Source of the DNA: an uncultured Chroococcidiopsis sp.
Lineage (GTDB): Bacteria > Cyanobacteriota > Cyanobacteriia > Cyanobacteriales > Chroococcidiopsidaceae
Length of the DNA stretch: 10,292 bases
Assembly (NCBI GenBank): GCA_964248365.1
Contig: CAXTYC010000068.1
Span: forward strand, 1 to 10,292
Reading direction: 5' to 3'
Part shown: in pieces, positions 1 to 6,594 of the stretch
Layout: each line of letters opens with the position of its first letter
Numbering within the stretch: the stretch's first letter is position 1
Program-made: the position numbers and the translations under genes
The notes under the pieces: model-generated
Seen by the model: only the letters and a program-made list of their open reading frames with translations
Databases searched by the model: none
Told to the model about the DNA's origin: nothing

Positions 1-58
1 TTTTCTTAACTCAGCAGTGCTGGGTAGTTTTGCATTCCTTAGTCTAAACTTCAGTAAC

Positions 59-515
59 AAGCGTGAAGTTGGTAATTTCTATGGGTTAAGAACCTGGGTT
101 GAATATGGCTTGAAGCAAAGTAAAAATGAATTACGCTCTTGCAGATTATCGTTTTACTCGCTATCAAGATATTGAGCGGTGGTGGGAGATTATATGTAGT
201 GCCTACTTGATGGTTAGCCTTCATTCAGAAACTCTGCGTCCTTCTCCACCAGACTCAAAATCGAAATTTGCTTCTCATCCCTGGTGGGATCATGGTAAGG
301 GTTGGAAGAATATTTTTAACAATCTGCGTTTAGTTATTCAACCTTTTATTCTATTTAATCTCATATACCCCTGGTTAACAGTTTTTTCTGTTCCTCAACT
401 ATTTAATGGTTTTTCGCAACTTCAATCTATTGTTTATAGGCTCACTTCCCCAATTTTTGTATTCCTCGCTCACTCTGAATTCTCTTTTTCTTCTGCCTAA
501 AGTGACACAACAGGG
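59..515 (+). mobile_element. IS701-family transposase 3' remnant (frameshifted) with right end
   Basis: Reads REVGNFYGLRTWVEYGLKQSKNEL, shifts frame at ~132-140, then ADYRFTRYQDIERWWEIICSAYLMV to the stop at 500. This resembles the C-terminus of cyanobacterial IS701 transposases. AAAGTGACACAACAGGG (499-515) looks like the terminal repeat. Confidence 0.75.
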
Positions 516-717
516 TTATGCTTACTATCAAGCAGAACAGTTATGTTCGATTGGTTCAGGGGCAGTGGAGTCAGCAGTCAAGCAGATTGGCCGCCGACTG
601 AAAATTTCAGGAGCGCAGTGGAAACCTGAAACTGTCAATCAGATGTTGCACTTGCGCTGTGCTTACCTCAATGGTCTATTAGCTGTCTAAGTGTTTTTGC
701 AAAAGTGGGATGCTCCC
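516..717 (+). mobile_element. ISKra4-family transposase C-terminal fragment with right end
   Basis: YAYYQAEQLCSIGSGAVESAVKQIGRRLKISGAQW...LRCAYLNG, stop at 690, carries the IGSGxVES motif. Terminus GCAAAAGTGGGATGCTCCC ends at 717. The 406 start in the ORF track is chimeric with IS701 sequence. Confidence 0.75.
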
Positions 718-1155
718 AGCGCGTATCGACTGCAAGATGCCGTTTGATGCCGTTCGTGCATTTGTAGTGACAAAAACCCTTTGACTCGACACTGGCATTA
801 CAAGTATTCTTCACCGCTTGCGAGTCGATGATTAGCAATCGCGTCCACTGCGGTTTTTTTGGGCTTGTTGGCGCACTTGGGCATGAAGCGCACTCATGAT
901 CTCATCCAATACTCCCTCGCTGCACCATTGCTTGTAGTGCCAGAAGACGGTTGAGTAGGGCGGTAAGTCTTTCGGCAAATTGCCCCAGTTACAGCCATTC
1001 TTCAGTTGATAGAACACCCCATCTAAAATTTGTCGTGTCCACGTGGGCGGTCGGGTTTGCTTCTTTTTTGGCAGCAAGAGTTCAATGATTTCCCACTCTT
1101 TGTCGGTTAAGCTACTAGGGTACGACATTTATTTTGATTTTAGCCCATCTCAAAT
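718..1155 (-). mobile_element. IS5-family transposase (ORFA plus frameshifted ORFB), truncated
   Basis: ORFA 1128..832: MSYPSSLTDKEWEII...GCNWGNLPKDLPPYSTV. An A7 run (T7 at 854-860) leads in the -1 frame to KPQWTRLLIIDSQAVKNTCNASVESKGFCHYKCTNGIKRHLAVDT, which is cut off at 718 by the ISKra4 end. Confidence 0.8.
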
Positions 1156-1260
1156 AGAACCCATTTGGGATCTATAACGAGGGACTAGACGTAAGTCTAA
1201 TTACGTTTCTAGGTCTGTGCCTTTAACTTAAATGCATTGGAACTAATCTCATGCTTCTTC

Positions 1261-2091
1261 ATGCTAACCTCGATTCTTCAGACGTTGGCAGAACTGCTGG
1301 CTGGGGGAACGACGCTCACCAGTACAGAGCAAATTGACTTTCGCCATCCTGGCGATCTTAAAGATCGAAGTGCAGGGCCATTGCTGAATCTCTACCTGTA
1401 TGATATTCGAAAGAGCAAGCACCAACACTCTAGCAAGCAGGTTGCAGGTCATATTGCAGAGACTAACTGCTCAAACACAATTGTTACCTGTTCGACTAGC
1501 TGGTTTGATGTTTCCATCTTACTTACAGCTAGCGATCGCACGACACTAGGAGAGCATCATCTCCTGGGCGAAGCACTGTCCTTACTGCTGCGACATCATT
1601 TGCTGCGGGAGGAATTTCTCGCTCCTCACTTGCGGGGACACGGTAATTTATCCCTAACTGTTTCTCTAGACCCACCAATTGAAATTGGAGGGTTATGGAG
1701 CGCTCTAGCAGTGCCACTACGTCCTGCTTTGTATCTCACGGTAGCAGTCCCCTTTGAGGCTGAGATCCCAGCCTTGTGGGAGCAAGCAAGTGGCAAACAA
1801 AATTCGTCGTTGGAAACTAAAGTTTCCAACGCGATCGCCAAGCATATGGTCATTGCTGGAATTGTGAAAAATGCTGTAACTACGCAGTCATTAGCGAAAG
1901 TTAAGGTAGCTCTCTTGGGAACGGAAAAAGCAGTTATCAGCAATTGGGAAGGAATCTTTTTCTTTGAAGATGTCAACTTTGGCAACTACATATTGCAGTT
2001 AAGTTGCCCTGGCTACCAGGTACAAAATTGCAACGTGCTAGTAGATAGTTCCACTTACACTTTTAAGGAAATTTTGCTGAACCCTGTTTAA
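1261..2091 (+). CDS. Pvc16/Afp16-like (DUF4255) eCIS cap/tail terminator with C-terminal carboxypeptidase-regulatory-like beta domain
   Basis: N-terminal motifs IDFRHP, LNLYLYDIR, EHHLLGEAL and LWSALAVPLRPALYLTVAVP. C-terminal IAGIVKNA...GIFFFEDV..GNYILQLSCPGY. Lies directly upstream of the sheath gene. ATG 1261 preferred over TTG 1237. Confidence 0.8.
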   Translation: MLTSILQTLAELLAGGTTLTSTEQIDFRHPGDLKDRSAGPLLNLYLYDIRKSKHQHSSKQVAGHIAETNCSNTIVTCSTSWFDVSILLTASDRTTLGEHHLLGEALSLLLRHHLLREEFLAPHLRGHGNLSLTVSLDPPIEIGGLWSALAVPLRPALYLTVAVPFEAEIPALWEQASGKQNSSLETKVSNAIAKHMVIAGIVKNAVTTQSLAKVKVALLGTEKAVISNWEGIFFFEDVNFGNYILQLSCPGYQVQNCNVLVDSSTYTFKEILLNPV

Positions 2092-2204
2092 CACCATGTT
2101 TAACCAACTTTGCTGACAGAACCCTAATTCTCACGAAATTTGGCGCAAACATGCTTCCTTACACGGGGAAATCTTTATGCATGACAACTTGAGGGAATAC
2201 TTTT

Positions 2205-3872
2205 ATGGCTAGACTTGACTACTTTGCTCCTGGCGTATACGTCGAAGAAATTGATCGCGGTAGTCGCCCTATAGAAGGAGTGAGTACTGCGATCGCTGGG
2301 TTTGTTGGTTTCACAGAAGATGTACGCGGTGGAGCCGAGCTATATAAGCCAATGCTCGTTACCAACTGGACGCAATATCTGAATTACTTTGCCCGTCCCA
2401 ACTCCGATGGCTTCACCGACTTCAACGCCTATATGCCCTTTGCCGTCTATGGCTACTTCATGAATGGTGGCGGACGCTGCTGGATCACGAGTATTGGTAC
2501 TCAACTACCTGGCGCTGCTCAACCCGCCCAACAGCAACCAGTTATAGTGAGGGTTCCTAGACGGGGAAATCGCCCCAGCTTAAACTTTACGCTGCGTCCA
2601 GAACAAGCGGCTGGCGGGCCTATCGATATCATAATTAGTGACGGGACACCTCGCGCCCTCCCAGAAGGAACCGAAGGGGAACCACCGCCAAATACAGGTG
2701 AATACTTTACTTTGCAACTGCGTCGAGGCGATGAAGTTCTGGAGCAGTATGAGAACTTGACCATGAATCCAGATCCCCCACCGCAAGTAGCAACATATGT
2801 GGTGAATGCGCTGCGTTCTTCGATGTATGTCGCGCTCGCAGATCAAGCTCAGCCAGGACAGCCTTTGGCTCGTCGCCCCGTAAACGGGCAATACGACCTA
2901 TCACCACCACTTGTAGCATCAACAATCGATAGTTTTTCCCGCGATGTTGAAGGAGTGCGGGACGATCGCACAGGCGTGCGCGGCATTTTTGAGATTGATG
3001 AAATTACAATGCTGGCTTGCCCAGATTTGATGCGTGTATACGAAGCTCAAGCGATGAACTTGGATCAAGTTCACGGCATTATGGAGCTAATGGTAAGTAT
3101 GTGCGAGGGGTCTGCCAGTGGGGATACTCCTAACCCACCTAATCGCATGGTGGTATTCGACACACCCCCCGATCGCGTCAAACCTCAAGACGTTGTGGAG
3201 TGGTTGCAGTCGTTCAACCGCCGTTCCATGTTTGCCGCCTTGTACTATCCCTGGATCAAAGTCCCGAACCCCCGCAATGGCGGTCGTCCAATTTTAGTTC
3301 CACCCTGCGGTCATATGATGGGCGTGTGGGCGCGTACTGATGAAACGCGAGGAGTTTACAAAGCTCCTGCAAATGAAGTTCCCAGAGGAGTAATTGGTTT
3401 AGGCTACGATACCAATTTCCGCGAACAGGAACTCCTCAACCCCTTGGGTATTAACTGTATTCGCAATTTTCCCAATCGCGGCATTCGCATCTGGGGTGCG
3501 CGTACTCTCGTAGAACCAGACAAAACTGAATGGCGCTACATCAGCGTGCGACGGTTAGTGAGTTACATTGAAAAATCGATTGAACTGGGAACTCAATGGG
3601 CAGTCTTTGAACCAAACGACGAAGATTTGTGGGCAAGAGTGCGGCGTACAGTTAACAACTTCCTAGAGCGCATTTGGCGAGAGGGGGCTTTGTTTGGAGC
3701 CACTCCCGATCAAGCGTTTTTTGTCAAGTGCGATGCTGAAAACAACCCGCCTGAGACGATGATTTTAGGACGCTTGTACATCGACGTTGGAGTTTGCCCA
3801 GTACGTCCTGCTGAATTCGTGATCTTCCGCATCAGTCAGTGGAATGGTCCCGAAGGCGAGCAGGGGGAGTAG
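2205..3872 (+). CDS. Contractile tail sheath protein (eCIS)
   Basis: 555 aa with PGVYVEE, AALYYPW, KAPANE, INCIR, IWGART, WAVFEPND and RPAEFVIFRI sheath motifs. RBS GAGGGA upstream. Confidence 0.95.
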   Translation: MARLDYFAPGVYVEEIDRGSRPIEGVSTAIAGFVGFTEDVRGGAELYKPMLVTNWTQYLNYFARPNSDGFTDFNAYMPFAVYGYFMNGGGRCWITSIGTQLPGAAQPAQQQPVIVRVPRRGNRPSLNFTLRPEQAAGGPIDIIISDGTPRALPEGTEGEPPPNTGEYFTLQLRRGDEVLEQYENLTMNPDPPPQVATYVVNALRSSMYVALADQAQPGQPLARRPVNGQYDLSPPLVASTIDSFSRDVEGVRDDRTGVRGIFEIDEITMLACPDLMRVYEAQAMNLDQVHGIMELMVSMCEGSASGDTPNPPNRMVVFDTPPDRVKPQDVVEWLQSFNRRSMFAALYYPWIKVPNPRNGGRPILVPPCGHMMGVWARTDETRGVYKAPANEVPRGVIGLGYDTNFREQELLNPLGINCIRNFPNRGIRIWGARTLVEPDKTEWRYISVRRLVSYIEKSIELGTQWAVFEPNDEDLWARVRRTVNNFLERIWREGALFGATPDQAFFVKCDAENNPPETMILGRLYIDVGVCPVRPAEFVIFRISQWNGPEGEQGE

Positions 3873-4048
3873 GGGAGTAGGGGGATAAGGGAGACAAGGG
3901 GGAGTGAGGGAGTGGAAGAGTGGGGGAGTGGGAGAAAAACAATACTCAGCCATCAACTATCAACCAACAACCAACAACCAAAAACACTCAACCAATTACC
4001 CATTACCAACTACCAATCCAAAATCCACGCATCCAAAATCTAAAATCC
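3860..4048. repeat. Short tandem heptamer repeats (STRR-like)
   Basis: GGGGAGT-type units at 3862-3933, then CAACCAA x3, CAATTAC/CCATTAC/CAACTAC and CAAAATC/TAAAATC units. Similar tracts occur at 4709-4729, 5232-5260 and 5445-5470. Confidence 0.75.
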
Positions 4049-4113
4049 TTACACTCGCCACTTCTTTTTCTTAGGTCTCATCATTCAAATTTCTAGTTTT
4101 CAGGAGAGTCAAT

Positions 4114-4569
4114 ATGGCAGGAGAATTTTTAACAGCTTGTAAGTTTTACTTTGAAGCAGATGGCATTACAGAAAAAGTGATCAAAGAGATCAGCGGCTTG
4201 GGAGTTGAGTCAACCCCAGCCCAGGAAGTACATGGCTCAACCAAGCAAGGAAAGGTGACGCGCCAAGCAACTCCTACTGTAGCTAAGTTCACTAATGTGA
4301 CGATTAAAGTCATTGCTACAAGCGATAAAGATCTCTACGATTGGTACGAAAAATGTAACAAAAATATGGGAGAATCTAGCCAGTGGACTAGTAACCGTAA
4401 AGCAGGCTCAGTAACGGCTTACGATCAAGCAGGCTCTCCGCAAGCTCGTTGGGAAATTGTCAACTGTTTCCCTTGTAAATACACAGGTCCGACGCTAACA
4501 GCTTCAAGTGGCGATATGGCAAATGAAACGATTGAATTAGTGCATGAAGGAATTAAGCGAACACAGTAA
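4114..4569 (+). CDS. Tail tube protein 1 (T4 gp19-like)
   Basis: 151 aa with EISGLGVE, LYDWY, RKAGSVTAYDQAG, RWEIVNCFPCKYTGP and ETIELVHEGI. RBS AGGAG. Confidence 0.9.
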   Translation: MAGEFLTACKFYFEADGITEKVIKEISGLGVESTPAQEVHGSTKQGKVTRQATPTVAKFTNVTIKVIATSDKDLYDWYEKCNKNMGESSQWTSNRKAGSVTAYDQAGSPQARWEIVNCFPCKYTGPTLTASSGDMANETIELVHEGIKRTQ

Positions 4570-4664
4570 CGCGATCCCATAGCATAGATCGCGCAACCCT
4601 TAAAACCCAACCATACCCCCTCATCCTCATTGCTGGGGGTATTAATTCCCATCTTCAAAATCAC

Positions 4665-4708
4665 GCCACGAGGCTCACTAAGGGAAACCCTTCCCCCACA
4701 AGTGGCTC
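4665..4708. repeat. Small dispersed hairpin repeat (SDR-like)
   Basis: GCCAC...AAGGGAAACCCTT...GTGGC nested inverted repeats sitting between CAAAATC heptamers. Resembles small dispersed repeats of filamentous cyanobacteria. Confidence 0.4.
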
Positions 4709-4738
4709 CAAAATCTAAAACCTAAAATCACATCTTTT

Positions 4739-5215
4739 ATGCCAGCCCAAGCTGAAATTCTCACAGCTCACAAGTTTTATTTGGAGTTAAGTTTAGATGG
4801 CTCTAACGAACAAGTCGATGCTATTTTTTTGGAGTGCCAGGGGTTTCAACGCACCCAAGAGGTGATTGAAATTTGTGAAGTGACACCAAATAAGTGGGGC
4901 AAAGCCAGTAAAGGTCAGGTTGTGAGGACGAAGCTACCTGGCAATGTTAAAAGTGGTAACTTGAAGTTGCGTCGTGGCATGACGAAGTCCATCACCTTTT
5001 GGAAGTGGTTTCAATCAGTACAAGACGGCAACTGGGCAATCCAGCGAAAAAATGCCTCATTAACGATCTACGACCAAGCAGGGCAGCCACAAGCCACGTT
5101 TAACTTGAAAGCTGCCTGGCCTGCGAGCTACAAACTCACCGATGTCAATGCTCGAAGTACAGACATTGAAATTGAGGAGATTGAAGTTGCCTTTGAAGGC
5201 TTTGAGCGCAAATAG
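4739..5215 (+). CDS. Tail tube protein 2 (T4 gp19-like)
   Basis: 158 aa with FLECQGF, KLPGNVKSGNLKLRRGM, FWKWF, RKNASLTIYDQAG, AWPASYK and IEEIEVAFEG. Confidence 0.9.
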   Translation: MPAQAEILTAHKFYLELSLDGSNEQVDAIFLECQGFQRTQEVIEICEVTPNKWGKASKGQVVRTKLPGNVKSGNLKLRRGMTKSITFWKWFQSVQDGNWAIQRKNASLTIYDQAGQPQATFNLKAAWPASYKLTDVNARSTDIEIEEIEVAFEGFERK

Positions 5216-5275
5216 AAACCCACCTGGTAATTTGATTTTAGATTTTAGATTTAAAGATTGAAGAATTGCTTTGCG

Positions 5276-5413
5276 ATATCAAATCCGGTTAATCTTAATA
5301 ATACAATGTTTTTTGCTAATAGCTAACGGTTAATAGTTAACAGCAATTAACCATTAACTATTAACCATTAACACTCCATGAGGATTTTTAGGTTATTCAA
5401 CCGGAGAAGATAT
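5276..5413. mobile_element. 138-bp MITE, copy 1
   Basis: Imperfect terminal inverted repeats ATATCAAATCCGGTT / AACCGGAGAAGATAT. Internal perfect 13-bp inverted repeat GGTTAATAGTTAA / TTAACTATTAACC. 136/138 identical to 6435-6572. Confidence 0.8.
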
Positions 5414-5495
5414 GAGATCTCTTTGCTCTAGAGTGTCTACTCACCCATTACCCATTACCTATTACCATTCCTAAAATTTTAGTCAGAGAAATTAT

Positions 5496-5843
5496 ATGTT
5501 TCCTACCGAGTTTGAATTTACCCTTCCAAAGGGATATTTAGATGCCCAAGGAAATCTTCACCGTAAGGGAGTGATGCGCTTAGCAACTGCCATCGACGAG
5601 ATTTCCCCTTTACGCGATCCTCGTGTTAAAAGTAATCCAGCTTACTCCACGATCATTATTTTAGCACGCACGATTACCCGTTTAGGAGCGCTTGCAGAAA
5701 TTACGTCTACCGTAGTAGAAGGTTTCTTTGCTGAGGATTTGAATTATTTGCAAAACTTCTATCGCCAAATTAATGGTTTAGAAAGTGAAACTGCACAGGC
5801 AAATGATAGTTTAGATGCTTCAGCCTCCCAGCTTGTAAGTTGA
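5496..5843 (+). CDS. eCIS tail assembly chaperone-like protein 1
   Basis: 115 aa, TEFEFTLPKGYLD..G.LHRKGVMRLATA.DEI.PLRDPRV..NPAY..IILAR.ITRLG...DLNYLQ.FY.QIN. Follows the tube genes, the usual chaperone position. Confidence 0.75.
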   Translation: MFPTEFEFTLPKGYLDAQGNLHRKGVMRLATAIDEISPLRDPRVKSNPAYSTIIILARTITRLGALAEITSTVVEGFFAEDLNYLQNFYRQINGLESETAQANDSLDASASQLVS

Positions 5844-5866
5844 CGCTACCGGAGTTATGTTTGCCC

Positions 5867-6247
5867 ATGCCTCGTAAAGAAGCAAATGCTACAGAATTTT
5901 CCTTCACGCTACCATGTGGGCTAATCGATTCCCAAAACCGCATCCATCGTCAGGGAAAAATGCGCTTAGCCACTGCCAAAGATGAAATTTTCGTGCAAAG
6001 ACAGCAACAAGTTGAGGATAATCCTGCCTATGGTGGTTTAATTATGCTGTCGCGGGTAATTACGCGCTTGGGCAGCCTTACCTGTGTAACACCCGACCTT
6101 TTGGAAGGTTTAGTGTTGCGCGATATTGCTTACTTGCGAGAATTTTACAATCGAGTGAATCAAAGCGGACAACCATGTATCCCCACCCATTGCCCTCACT
6201 GTAATTGTGAATTTAAGGTGGAGCTTGCCTTATCGGGGGAGTCTTAA
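5867..6247 (+). CDS. eCIS tail assembly chaperone-like protein 2 (gpG-like, C-terminal CxxC)
   Basis: Paralog of the previous ORF (TEFSFTLPCGLID...MRLATAKDEI...NPAY...ITRLG). Ends CPHC...LSGES*. ATG 5867 preferred over TTG 5840. Confidence 0.75.
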   Translation: MPRKEANATEFSFTLPCGLIDSQNRIHRQGKMRLATAKDEIFVQRQQQVEDNPAYGGLIMLSRVITRLGSLTCVTPDLLEGLVLRDIAYLREFYNRVNQSGQPCIPTHCPHCNCEFKVELALSGES

Positions 6248-6402
6248 GCTACCCCTTGGCCCAATTGTATGAGGAGGTAGCTTTTATTGCGTTTCACTTC
6301 CACTGGTCGCAGGAAGAGATCTTCAATCTTGACCACATAATCCGTCAACGCTGGGTAACAGAAATTAATCAGATTAACCAAAAACTCAGCACTAGTGGTT
6401 AG
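6238..6402 (+). CDS. DUF6760-like small protein / gpGT-like -1 frame extension (absent from ORF track)
   Basis: The -1 frame reads GVLSYPLAQLYEEVAFIAFHFHWSQEEIFNLDHIIRQRWVTEINQINQKLSTSG* (TAG 6400-6402). It has the YP...LYEEVAFIAxHFHW...RxRWV pattern of small eCIS proteins. No ATG, GTG or TTG lies between the upstream stop (6214-6216) and the YP codons. Confidence 0.8.
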   Translation, partial: GVLSYPLAQLYEEVAFIAFHFHWSQEEIFNLDHIIRQRWVTEINQINQKLSTSG

Positions 6403-6434
6403 TAGGCACGCCCTTGGTGGGTAGGGATATTCTC

Positions 6435-6572
6435 ATATCAAATCCGGTTAATCTTAATAATACAATGTTTTTTGCTAATAGCTAACGGTTAATAGTTAAC
6501 AGCAATTAACCATTAACTATTAACCATTAACACTCCATGAGGATTTTTAGGTTGTTCAACCGGAGATGATAT
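6435..6572. mobile_element. 138-bp MITE, copy 2
   Basis: Same orientation as 5276-5413 with two substitutions (GTTATTC>GTTGTTC, GGAGAAGA>GGAGATGA). Lies between convergent genes. Confidence 0.8.
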
Positions 6573-6594
6573 CAGCTTCAGATTAAACCTTGAA

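Noticed and set aside
3860..4048. CRISPR array
   Set aside because: Degenerate 7-mers with no constant repeat and unique spacer pattern, and no cas genes.
4570..4594. CGCGATC...GATCGCG hairpin after tube 1 as a terminator
   Set aside because: A 7-bp stem with a 10-nt loop and no U tract, inside a likely operon.
1264..4664. Minus-strand ORFs (1264-1452, 1529-1717, 1626-1985, 2519-2764, 2580-2891, 2707-2925, 3765-3956, 4425-4664)
   Set aside because: Antisense shadows of well-supported genes or translations of repeats, with no recognisable motifs.
1261..6402. Prophage tail or T6SS
   Set aside because: No capsid, terminase or integrase. A single-chain sheath, gp19-like tubes and a Pvc16-like cap fit eCIS, not TssB/TssC/Hcp.
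5276..6572. Diversity-generating retroelement: a repeat pair near an RT, with both mismatches at adenines of copy 1
   Set aside because: Only two mismatches in an A-rich repeat. Neither copy is in an ORF and both have terminal inverted repeats. The RT is a group II intron protein with maturase, HNH and DV/DVI.
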